Source: Mobula hypostoma (lineage: Eukaryota). From it: DNA of 64,000 nt. Position 1 is the stretch's first letter, and the number at the start of each line of letters is the position of its first letter. Shown here in pieces: positions 25,856-37,761 of this stretch. The position numbers were made by a program, and so were the translations under genes. The stretch lies in the NCBI RefSeq assembly GCF_963921235.1, contig NC_086097.1, positions 227,294,001 to 227,358,000 on the forward strand, given 5' to 3'. Below the pieces are notes generated by a model. That model was not told the DNA's origin. It searched no databases and worked only from the letters and a program-made list of their open reading frames with translations.

Positions 25856-26195
25856 CAACAAATAAGAGAAAACCTGCAGATGCTGGAAATCTATGGAAAA
25901 GAGTAAACAGTCGATGTTTCAGGCCGAGGCCCTTCAACAGGGCTCGAGAAAAAAAAGATGAGAAGTAAGACTAAGAATGTAGGGGGAGGGGAGGAAGAAG
26001 TACAAGGTAGTAGGTGATAGGTGGAACCAGGAGCAGTGAGAGGGGGTTGAAGTAAAGATCTGGGAAGTCGATTGATGAAAGAAATAAAGGGCTGGAGAAG
26101 GAGAATTCTGATAGGAAAGGACAGAATTCTATGGAAGAAAGGGAAGGGGAAGGAGCACCAGAGGGAGGTGATGGGCAGGTAAGGAGATAGGTGAA
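25856..26195 (-). mobile_element. Penelope-like 3' UTR and terminal fragment
   Basis: Pyrimidine-rich UTR plus ccCTGTTGAagggcctcggcctGAAAcatcgactg and the terminal CAGCATCTGCAG motif. Confidence 0.7.
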
Positions 26196-27466
26196 CTCTC
26201 TGTGCCAGTGATACACAATCATTCTTCATCTTGATCTTTACTTGAAGGCTTAAGTAAATCACAGGCAAAGGGAAAAAACCATGCATACGCAACAGAAAAG
26301 CGTCCACTGGGACCATGTTACACGTTAAACAACACAGGATTTTGTGCTGATTCATTTCCCCTCCATCCAAAACTTAAGACTTTATGAGTGCAGTGCTCCC
26401 AACAGTCTTTGAATGTTGCCAATATTGGATGACCGACTTTATGTCCTCTTACATTAACCCAATAAACTATTGCAAACTGTACTCTGCATAGATGTAAAGA
26501 TGCTTCACACCGTACAATCGCAAACAACACACCAAAACAAAATTCACAACGATGCAATGAAAGAGTTAAAAAACTCGCACCGTCAATCCACAGTTGACTA
26601 TAATAAAGCCCAGCTCCTCTAGCCTGGACTGCCCCCCCAACAACCCTAGGCACTGTGGCTTGAGGCCCGGTCCATTCACATACAACACTATAAGCCCATA
26701 TAGAATATCAGAAAAAAGATACAACCACATAATATACACATCAAAAACTTCAGACGACTACAATGCCCCTGGTGGAGTGCAGTGGCCCTGTCCCTCACCA
26801 ATCTGGTGTGATGCCACAGCTTGAGGCCCAGTCCATGGATTTACAAGATAATAAGCCCAAACAGAATATCAGTAAAACATACTATCACACAAAATATACA
26901 TGTTTATAGTCCTGATCCTTAGTTCATTGAAATCTGCAGCTGACTACTGTCAATGGGACCTATTTCTATCAGTAATGCTGAAATTGGGGATGATTTAATA
27001 GCACCACAATGTAAGCTCAATGTTTGAGCTTGAACTTTATCTAGGTGCTTTAAGATTGCTGGTGAGGCTGACCAATCAGCAACACATCCATTAATCAAAA
27101 ACAGATATGGTTAAAGCAATATGCATTTTATAATTGACCACCTACTTGCACCCCAATCACTCCCAACAAAACACCTGAACACATGAAGGGCTTTAAACGC
27201 TTCTCTAGAATTTTAATCATATGCACCTTCCATGTCCATCCACATACCTAGAAGCTTTATCTCTAACTCTTGTTTCATGGATTTACCATTAAACTTGAGA
27301 TTAATTATGGGTGTAATTTTTCTTTTAAAAGGAAAACAAATAACTTAAGGCCGTAAGATCACAAGATCTTGCAACAGAATATTTAAACTCCTGCCAATGT
27401 TTCCATTCCTCTACTTCATTAATAGCTGCCTGAATCTTTCTAACTATATAATTTATATTCCTCTTT

Positions 27467-27608
27467 TTCTCTCCAGTCCAGCTAAAGGGTCTTGGCCTGA
27501 AACGGCAACTGTACTCTTTTCCAAAGATGCTGCCTGGCCTGCTGAGCTTCTCTAGTATTTTGTGTGTGTTGCTTGGATTTTCAGCATCTGCAGATTTTCT
27601 CTAGTTTG
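27467..27608 (+). mobile_element. Penelope-like terminal fragment with 18-bp TSD
   Basis: Flanked by TAATTTATATTCCTCTTT at 27449-27466 and 27609-27626; contains a decayed hammerhead-like motif. Confidence 0.75.
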
Positions 27609-27654
27609 TAATTTATATTCCTCTTTCTTTTCCATACTGCACTATCATCAACAT

Positions 27655-28335
27655 AGGGAGGAGAAGATGGCGGTGTGACGCAGCGCGCGCGGCCTCTCTG
27701 GTAAATGATATCTGTATTTGTTAAGTAGGATGCCGTGCACAATCCTGATTTGATGGAGATAGACGTGAGAAGCACGGAGGAACATCTGGAGAAACTTCTG
27801 AAATGCCCGCTTCGCTGCCACTGCTACTGTGCGATTGAGAATCTCCAGAAGGGAAGGCCCCGAATCCTCGGCCTTGCCTGTTGCTTGGCGGCTGGGGCTG
27901 GGGTCGAAGCGCTTGGCAGAGATGGTGCTCGGTGCTCAGTGTTGGAGGGCTGGTCAGAGGCTCGAAGTTTTCCGACTGACTCAAGAGTTGGCTGTGGTCG
28001 GGTGCTTCCAGAGTCCTGCATCGGCAAGTTTGCGGCACTGGTGGTTCATGGCAGGGAGAGTTTTTTTCCTTCTACCGTCTGCGTGAGATGATGGGGCTAT
28101 CGGGACTTGAGACTTTTTTTTACCGTGCCCATGGTCTGTTCTTTATCAAATTACGGTATTGCTTTGCACTGTTGTAACTATATGTTATAATTATGTGGTT
28201 TTTGTCAGTTTTTTTGTCTTGGTCTGTCTTGTGTTTCTGTGATATCATTCTGGAGGAACATTGTATCATTTCTTAATGCATGCATTACTAAATGACAATA
28301 AACGAGGACTACGTGTCTTCATAATCTAATAATCC
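27655..28335 (+). mobile_element. Non-autonomous retroposon (CpG-rich head, T-rich body, simple-repeat tail)
   Basis: Starts GGAGAAGATGGCG and ends ACAATAAACGAGGACTACGTGTCTTCATAATCTAATAATC; no credible ORF. Confidence 0.55.
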
Positions 28336-28338
28336 GAT

Positions 28339-29565
28339 CTAATATAATGATTTGGAAAGGTCTGAGTCAGCGTTGAAGAAAATATCTTTAACCATTATGT
28401 AAAAAAGTAATGGGCTACACACACTCTCCTGTGGCATCCCATTCTCTATCTCATACACCTTAGACAATGTTGTTCCCACCCTAACTTGTATCTTCCTTTC
28501 GGGATCTTCCAGTAAGATGGTGGCATGTGCAAACACAGCGGCCTCTCAGGGGCCAACCAAAGGTGCTTTTTTCTTTGTAAAATTTGTTTTTTACAATCCA
28601 AAGACAGTTATACTCCAAGAACTTGAGGTACTGTGGGGCTACTCCATCAGAGAGCTGCTTGTCGATCAGAGTAGCTGGACCGGTGTCGGCAGCCAGCCGA
28701 GATGTTGGGGAAGTCACCGTCCGAGGTGTCAAAGGAGCCAGTAGGGATATTGGAGGAGCCCGCCATGATGTCGGAGGAGCCCGCTGTGATGTCAGAGAAG
28801 CCAGTTTGGATTTGGAGGAGCTGACCTGGCTCCAGGCCGTGTTGCTACTTGCTACTCAGAAGCATCAAAGTTGGCACAGTATAACTGTGAGAGATTTTCT
28901 TGGACATTTCACTTGTGATCACAGGACTCTGTTTGATAGGGATAAAGGTAGTTGCTGTGGGCATGTTACCCTTGTCTGTTGGAGGGACAGTTGACGTGGG
29001 AGCTGTGTAACCTCCATTGAAGCAAGAACTAGGCCTCAAGCCTCGGGCTTGCCTGCTACTGCAAACCAGGTGAGAGACACAGAATTACTACAGCATAGTG
29101 TCCGCGCTCGGCTGGGGTCTGTCCTCTCCCATCGGTGCAGCCCTGCTGTGGAATGATGGGTTAGATTGCTTGCGTCTGTACTCTACCGGGAGATTGTACC
29201 ATCAGTTGTTGGACATTGTCGCTCATCAAATATATATATTTGTTTTTTTGAGTGAATATGCTTGCTGCTTGCTATTTTGAATATTGTTATTTTGAAGTCT
29301 ACTTGCTATTTTGTATGCTTTGCACCTCGGCCCCAGAGGAATGGTGACTCTTTCAGCTGCATCTATATGTGGTTTAATTTGATTTTGATAAAATATCTTG
29401 AATCCAATTGAACATTCTACCACCTATTCCTATCTTTTTCAGTTTAAACAGCAACCCTTGTGTCCGTAACATATTGTAATCTTTCTCTACATCAAAGAAA
29501 ACTTCTACTACTGATTCATTGTTAACTTGGGCCTTATGAATATCAAATTCCAAACTTAACACATT
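28339..29565 (-). mobile_element. Nimb/I-clade RT fragment split by an insertion at about 28501-29385
   Basis: VFFDVEKDYNML...GGRMFNWIQDILS joins in frame to ERKIQVRVGTTLSKVYEIENGMPQESVCSPLLF once the insert is removed. Confidence 0.75.
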
Positions 29566-30129
29566 TCAATCTCAATACAAGGTTTCTTGTACACATATAA
29601 CATCAGGTTTAGTTGGCAAATCTTCAATAAATTTCTTAAATTCTGGTATTCCATTGTAAGATTAGAAAAACTATTACCAACACTCCTTTGAAGTCTGAAC
29701 ATTATCTACTCCTCCTTGTATGGCATCACTAATAACTTAAGAGTTAAGTCTTTTATCTATAGATGTTTTTCTGCAGCATTTAACATAATTTTATTCTGCT
29801 ATAGTTTGTGCTGTATAATTTACCACACCTGCCATGAAAGAGAGAAATTTCAGTTTATCAAGAATCAACGAGTCCTTTGTTAAATCAGGTATTTCACACA
29901 ATGTCTTTAATCTATTTGTACTCTGGTATTAGTTGGTCCCATTGACACTGTCTTCTGGACTTACTACACAGCCTCTGCATATGATATGCCCATTTACACC
30001 CAAGCACACTGTACATCCACAGCTTTCTTATATACAGGACACCCTGCATGAGCAGAATTGTGTTCTTCTCCACATTTGCTACATTTTTTACAGCAAAACA
30101 GCTGTGTCTGGTGTTTCTGGGATCAATTC

Positions 30130-31125
30130 AGAAGGTGCAGGATATATACATCCCAAAGAAGTATTCTAAATGCAGGGTGAGGCAACCACGAGTGACAAAG
30201 GAAGTCAAAATCAACAAAAAGCAGAACAGAGGGCATATAAGAGAGCAAAAATTGGTGAGAAGTTAGAGGACTGGGAAGTTTTAAAAACCAACAGAAGGCA
30301 ACAAAAGCCATAAGGAGTGAAAAGATAAAATATGATGGTAAGGTAGTCAATAATATCAAAGAGGATACCAAAAGATTTTTTCAGACATATGAAGCGTAAA
30401 AGAAAAGTGAGAGTAGATTGAGGACCACTGGAAAATGATGCTGGAAAGGTATTAATGGGGGGCAAGGAAATGGCAGATGAACTGATTAAGTATTTTGCAT
30501 CAGTGTTCACTGTGGAAGACACTCGAAGTATGCCAGAAGTTTGAGAGTGTCAAGGGGCAGAAGTGAGTGCAGTTTCTATTACCAGGGAGAAAGTGCTTGG
30601 GAATCTGAAAGGTCAAAAGGTAGATAAATCATCTGGACCAGATGGACGACACCTGAGGGTTCTGAAAAGGTAGCTGAAGAGATTGTGGAGGCATTAGTAA
30701 TGGTTTTTCAAGAAACTCTAGTTTCTGGCATTGTTCTGGAGGACTAAAAATTGCAAATGTCACTTCACTCTTTGAGGAGAGAAAAAGGCAGAAGAAAAGG
30801 AATTATAAGCCAGTTAACCTGACTTCAATGATTGGGAAGATGTTGAAGTCTATTATTAAGGATGCGGTTTCGGGATACTTGAAGAAACATAATAAAATGG
30901 GCCAAAGTCAGAGAGTGGTGAATCTGTGGAATTCATTGCCACAGGTTGCTGTGGAGGCCAGGGCATTGAGTTACGGGCAAGGTGGATTTATTCTTAATAA
31001 GTCAGGGTGTGAAAAGTTACCGGGAGAAGGCAGGATAATGGGGTTCAGAGGGAAATGGATGAAATGGCAGTGCAGTCTTGATGTGCCAAGTGGCTTAATT
31101 CTGTTCCAATGCCTTGTGGTCTTTT
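30130..31125 (+). mobile_element. CR1 LINE with a large internal deletion
   Basis: KYFASVFTVED...MIGKMLKSIIKD...GQSQ is fused directly to RVVNLWNSLP. Confidence 0.85.
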
Positions 31126-32169
31126 AGTCTATGTATATAAGCTATCTTATCGTTTATATTTATTGTACTTTTTTATTATTGTGTTCTTTATCATATTGTG
31201 CTTTTTTGTGCTGCATCAGATCTAGAGTAACAATTATTTTGTTTTCCTTTCGCTTGTGTCCCGGAAATGACATTAAACAATCTTGAATCTCTCTCTGATC
31301 CAGCCTAATCACCCTTCCAACTATCTGAGAGGAAGGAGACCACTATTCATGTTTCTGGGGCCATCTCCCAGTATTATTGCCTTTCTTGTAAACCTCCTTT
31401 GCAACTTTTCTGATGCCTCTCTGTCCTTAAGATGCAGCTAAAGGATCTCTTGGAGGAAGCTTTATTCAGATTATAAATCCATTGTGTTTTTGTGCATCTG
31501 CGGTATGATGTGTTACCGTATTTTATAAGCAATAAATGATAAGAACCTATATTAAACTTCTAGTAACATTTACTTATTTATTTAATTGCCAACATTTGGA
31601 ATTATTTCTTGAAGAAACTTAGCTTGTAAAGTTCATTGGTTTTGGAATATGAATGTTTGTATTGGAGATCGCCAACTGTAAGGAGTTCATTACTAGCCAT
31701 GACATTGCTGCTTAATGACATTGTAGTGGGGCAAGGGAGGTGGGGTGTGGGCTCTTGGAGAGCTGCAGTGCCCACAACTGCAATAGTAGAAGGTTTGAAT
31801 ACAGTACACCAGACTTTAGTGGAAACCTGCCAAACCCCTGCTATGTGCAAGCTCCGTCACTATCTTCTCTTAGGCAGCAAAACATACACAAAATATTATT
31901 CTAAGCAGAAATCTCCTGCATCACTGATATCCACATTGGTGGAGGGGCAGCCCACTGGTGTGGCTTACAACCGCTAAATTTAGTTTCAGTCCCGGCCTCA
32001 GGTTTTATGAGTTACAGCATTTATGAGTTTACATATTCTGCCTGTGACTGCATTGGTTTCTCCTGGATGTTTCAGTTTCTTCCTACAAAACAAAATTGTA
32101 CTAGTTGGTTGGCAATTGTAAATTGTGAAGTTTATTTATGGGAAAAATTGATGGGAATATAGCCCATAA

Positions 32170-35100
32170 GATTATAAGACATAGGAGCATAATTAAATCA
32201 CTCGGCCCATCGCGCTTGCTCTGCCATCCCATCATTGTTGATTTAGTATCCCCTTCAACCCCTTTCTCCCGCCTTCTCCCCATAACCTTTGATGTGTTGA
32301 CTAACCAAGGACCTATCATCCTTTGCTTTAAATATACTCAATGACCTGGCCTTCACGGCTGTCTGTGGAATTTAAATCCACAGATTCACCATCCTCTGGC
32401 TAAAAAAGTTCCTTTTCATCTCTGATCTACATGGACGTCCCTCTATTCTGGGGCTGTGCCCTCTGGTCCTACACTCACCCACTATAGGAAACCTCCTCTC
32501 CATGTCCACAGTATTCAGCATCCTTTCAATATTCACTAGGTTTCAGTGATATCCCTCCTCATTCTTCTAAACTCCAGGCACAGAGCCATCAAACGCTCCT
32601 CATACGTTAACCATTTCATTCCCGGAATCATTCTCATGAACCTCCTCTGGACTCTCTCCAATGCCAGCAGATCTTTTCTTAGAGAAAGGGACCCAAAACT
32701 GCTCACAATACTCCAGTCTGACCAATGCCTTGTAAAGTTTCAGAATCACATCCTTGCTCTCATATTTTAGTTTCCTTGAAATGAATGCTAATATTGTATT
32801 TGCCTTCCTTACCACCAACTCAACCTGCAGGTTAAACATTAGGGAATCTTGCACAAGGACTCCCAAGTTCCCTTGCACCTCAGATATTTGAAATTTCTCC
32901 CCATTAGAAAATAATCTACACCTTTATTCCTTCTGCCAAAGAGCATGACCATACACTTCCCTACACTATATTCCATCTGCCCATTGTCATAATCTGTCCC
33001 AGTCCTTCTGAAGACTCCCTCTTCCTCATCACTACCTGCTCCTCCACCAACTTCTGTATCATCTGCAATTTTAGCAAAGTAAAACAGCAATCCCGTTATC
33101 CAGATAGTTGGCATATAATGTAAAAAGGTGCATTCCCAATACCAGCTCCTGCGGAACACCACTTGACCCCAGTAACTATCCAGAATAGGCCCCCTTTATT
33201 CTGACTCTTTGCCTCCTGCTAGTCAGACAATCTTCTATCCATGCTGGTATCTTTCCTGTAATTCCATGTGCTCTTATCTTGTTGAGGAGCCTCATGTGTT
33301 GCACCTTATCAAGGGACTTCTGAAAATCCAAGTAAACAACATACATTGACTCTCCTTTGTCTAGCTTGCCTGTTATTTCCTCAAAGAGTTCCAACGGATT
33401 TGTCAGGCAAGATTTCCCTTTAAGGAAACCATGCTGACTTTGGCCCAGTTTATCATGGGCCTCCAGTTATCCCGAAACTTCATCCTTAATAATGGTCTGT
33501 AACTTCTTCCCAACCATTGAAGTCAGAGTAACAGGCAATAATTTCCTTTCTTCTGCTTCCCTCCCTTCTTAAAGAGTGGAGTGACATTTCCAATTTTCCA
33601 GTCCTCCTGAACTATTCCAGAATACAGTGATTCTTGAAAGATCATTTCTAATGCCTGCACAATCTCTTCAGCTACCTCCTTCAGAACCCTGGGGCGTAGT
33701 CCATATAGTCGAGGTAACGTATCTACCTTCAGACCTTTCAGCTTCCCAAACAGCTTCTGCTTAGTAATAGCAACTACACTCCCTTCTGCCTCCTGACACC
33801 CTCAAACTTCTGGCATATTGTTAGTGTCTTCCACAGTAAAGACTGAGGGAAAATACTTATTAAGTTCTTCTGCCATTTGTTTGTACCCCATTTCTACCTC
33901 CCTAGTTTAATTTTAGAGTAGTACAATATCAATGTTCTCCTCCCTTTTACTCTTCGTATATCAGAAAAAAAACTTCTGGTATCTTCTTTGATATTTTTAG
34001 CAAACATACCTTCATGTTTATCTTTTCTTTTATTTTTTATTTGCCTTCTGTTGGTTCCCACTATTTTTTTGCTATATTATATGCCCTCTCTTTTGCTTTT
34101 ATGCTGTCTTTGACTTTCTTTGTCACCCACGGTTGCCTCATCATCCCTTTAGGATGTATCCATCCTGTGCCTTCTGATTTGTCCCCAGAATTTCCAGCCA
34201 TTGCTGTTCTGCCTTTATCCCTGGTGGTGCCCCCTTCCAATCAACCCCTCTCATGCTTCTGTAATTCCCTTTGCTCCACTGTAATAGTGATCCGTTAGTC
34301 TTGCGAGATGATGGATCTGCGCCTGGAAAGTCTTCACTTTCCAGGGCGCAGGCCTGGGCAAGGTTGTATGGAAGACCAGCAGTTGCCCATGCTGCAAGTC
34401 TCCCCTCTCCACGACACCAATGTTGTCCAAGGGAAGGGCATTAGGACCCATACAGCTTGGCACCAGTATTGTCACAGAGCACTGTGTGATTAAGTGCCTT
34501 GCTCAAGGACACAACATGTTCCCTGGGCTGGGGCTCGAAATCATGACCTTCAGGTCGCTAGTCCAATGCCTTAACCACTTGGCCACGTGCCCACACTGTA
34601 ATAATGATATGTCTTATTTTATCTTCTCCCTCTCAAACTGCAGGGTGAAGTCTATCATATTAAGATCACAGTCTTCTGAGGCTTCCTTTATCTTAAGCTT
34701 CCTAATCAAATCTGATTCATTGCACAACACCCAATCCAAAATTCCCATTCCCTCAGTGGGCCCTTGCAGTTTCTGAACTCTACCCACAAGGATTCTATAT
34801 CTTCTGATCCTATGGCACCTCTTTCTAAGGATTTGATTTCATTTTTTTTACCAACAGAGCCACCCCATTGCCTGTGCTGACCTGCCTGTCGTTTTGACAC
34901 AAGGTATATTCTTGGTTGTTAAGCTCCCAACTATGATCTTCTTTCAGCTACATCTCAGTGATGCCTACAACATTATACCTGCTAGTCTCTAACTGTGCTA
35001 TAAGTTCAGCTCCCTTATTCTGTATACTGCGTGCATTCAAATATAATACCTTCAGTCCTGTATTCGTCACCTTTTTCGATTTGCATCCAAGTTGCACTTA

Positions 35101-35700
35101 ATCTTACCACACTGACTGCAATTTTGCCCTATCATCTGCCTGACCTTCTTCACAGTCTCACTACACACTGCCCCATACTCAGACCTATCACTCCAGATCC
35201 CATCCCCCTGCCAACTCCCCAACAACTCGAGCAAACCTGGCTCCAAAGATATTGGGCCCCCTCAGATTCAGGTTTAACCCATCCTTTTTATACAGATCAT
35301 ACTTTCCTCAGAAGAGATCCCAATGATCCAGACCTGCACCACTTCCTCAGCCACTCATTCATCTATACCATCATCTTATTCTTGCTTTGACTAGCATGTG
35401 GCACTGGCTGTAATCCAGAGATTGCTACATTGGAGGTCCTGTTCTTCAGTGTTTTCCCCAGCTCCCTATACTCACTGTGCAGGAGTATAGGGAGCTGGGG
35501 AAAACACTGAAGGGAGCTCTTCCTCCTTTCTACCTAAGTCATTTGCTGCTAATGTGCACCACAACATCTGGCTACTCACGCTCCTCCTTTAGAATCTTCT
35601 GCAGCCATTCTGAGACATCCTGGACCCTAGCACCTAGGAGGCAACACGCCACCCTAGCTTCTCTTTCAAAGCCACAGAATCTCCTGTCTGTCCCCTAACT
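32170..35700 (-). mobile_element. Long degraded CR1 LINE
   Basis: Several broken ORFs (LDFQKSLDKVQH, KIADDTEVGG, LEYCEQFW, ESLWVEFRNCKG), with ORF1-like sequence near 35300-35700. Confidence 0.88.
34292..34593 (-). mobile_element. tRNA/CORE-like SINE with RTE tail, inserted in CR1
   Basis: Near-identical to the copy at 11217; 15-bp TSD CACTGTAATA(G/A)TGAT. Confidence 0.9.
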
Positions 35701-37307
35701 CTTGAGGGAGAAACATGTAGGTAGAATACTGGTAGATTATGATTGATAAAAAATAAACTATACTCTTAAAGTGTCCATGAAAGACCTGGTGCAGCGGTAT
35801 GTTAAGCTGTAAGATTCTTCGAATAATCATCCCTGCCCCAGGCCCTCTCTCAGATTTTACTCTTGTGGCATATGTGTCTAAACTTGTGAGGTGCTGCCAT
35901 TTATGGTAGTTATGGCAACTATAGTGGAAAGGTGAAGGGCTTTATGTACCTGGATATCAGCATTTCAAAGGATCTATCCTGAGCCCAACACCTTCATGAA
36001 ATCATGAAGATGGCATGCCAGCAGCTGTACTTTGTTAGAAGTTTGTAGAGACTTGGTACATCACCAAGGTCTGTAGCAAATTTCTATTGATTTTTGATGG
36101 AGAGGTTTCTGACTGGTGGCATCACTATGTGGTTTGAAGACTGTTCAGCTCCAGGATCTTCTTTTCAGCAGTGCACCGACTCTGATTTCAGCCATAAACT
36201 GTCCCTATTTGTTGTAATTTCCTATTAGAGTTAATATGTTGGGCAGTTGACCTTGCTCTGACTTGGTTTACTAGAGGATTGCTCATTTCAGAGTTGTGCC
36301 TTTTCTAAGTTAGCACAGTCTACACCAGGTTACAAAAGCATAACTGGCTTTTTCTATGTAGTTTGAATGGAAGTCAAGATTCTATAGTTGAGTGAATCAG
36401 TCTTTCTGGAAACTTGCAATCAGCTATTATAAAGATATTGCCTTAATGGATGTAATATTTAAGCATTTCAAATCATTAAATGTTTTTTTTCACAGACTCC
36501 AAATCTATGTGCATTGTTTTATCAATTCTTTGAAGAAAATTTGTAGAACAGATTTTAAAACCTTTCTTTAGATAAAGTTCAAATGGAACATAACAGACTG
36601 AACTGATCTGACAACTGCTTGTTGCACCCTTTCCTTTTGAGATAATAATTTGATGCTTGGATTTTCCTGTACTAGCATCTGATTCCAGATAAATATTTGG
36701 ATGTTGTATTAATTTAGAATTGTTGTGCACAGGAAGTTGTTTTTTTTCAAAAAGTAAAATAATTCCTCTTTTTTTGTTCTAATTCATGAATGTACTTCCT
36801 GTAACTATTACCTGTGAGAAAGGCAAGGTGAAAACATGTGAAAAATTGCCTTTTGACAAGAATCTATTATTGATCTTATATCAAAAGAATATGCTTGACA
36901 TAAGATTGCTTGCCAGTATGAACACCAGGTACACTGTAATAGCCCTAGGCAGTTGTAAGGCTGCCAAAGGGATTATAAGTAAAGCATGCTACTTTTGTTG
37001 CCTGTGCCCCGAAACCAACTAAGGCAAGGCAGAGGATCAAAATAAAATTGCAGATACTAGAAATCTAAAATACAAACTGAAAATCCTAGTGTCTGGCGTC
37101 AATCCTGGTGAAGGATCTCGGTCCATGACATTAACTGTCCATTTTCTTCCAGAGATGGTGCCTGACCCATTGAGTTCCTAAAGTGTGTGTGTAAATGCTC
37201 AGCAAGTCAGGCTGCATTTGTTGGAAGAGAAGCAGAGCTAATGTGCCAGGTCAAAGACCCTTCTTTAGAACTATATCATTTTTGTTTATATTAAACAGTT
37301 AGTATAA

Positions 37308-37502
37308 AAGCAACATACATCAAAGTTGCTGGTGAACGCAGCAGGCCAAGCAGCATCTATAGGAAGAGGCGCAGTCGACGTTTCAGGCCGAGACCCTTCG
37401 ACTGCGCCTCTTCCTATAGATGCTGCTTGGCCTGCTGCGTTCACCAGCAACTTTGATGTATGTTGCTTGAATTTCCAGCATCTGCAGAATTCCTGTTGTT
37501 TA
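37308..37502. repeat. Perfect 71-bp inverted repeat formed from a Penelope-like terminus
   Basis: Arms 37308-37378 and 37398-37468 with a 19-nt loop; 13-bp flanking direct repeat AGTTAGTATAAAA. Confidence 0.9.
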
Positions 37503-37761
37503 AGTTAGTATAAAATAAAGTTTTTTTGATAACTCTCTTTTAATTACAAATTATTTATATTACATTGTTGCTCTGTAAAAGCAAATAATCCTTCAACTTG
37601 ATGGGAAATTTATGATTATCTATAAGGATATGTAACATGTTAATAGTTAAATGTTTTACTCAGTAGTAGGGAGGGAAGACATGCTAAGATTTCTTGTGCT
37701 CTTTTTGAGTTTGAGGAGTCACCAGCAAAATCACCACACATGAATTGTGAGGGTAATGTTG

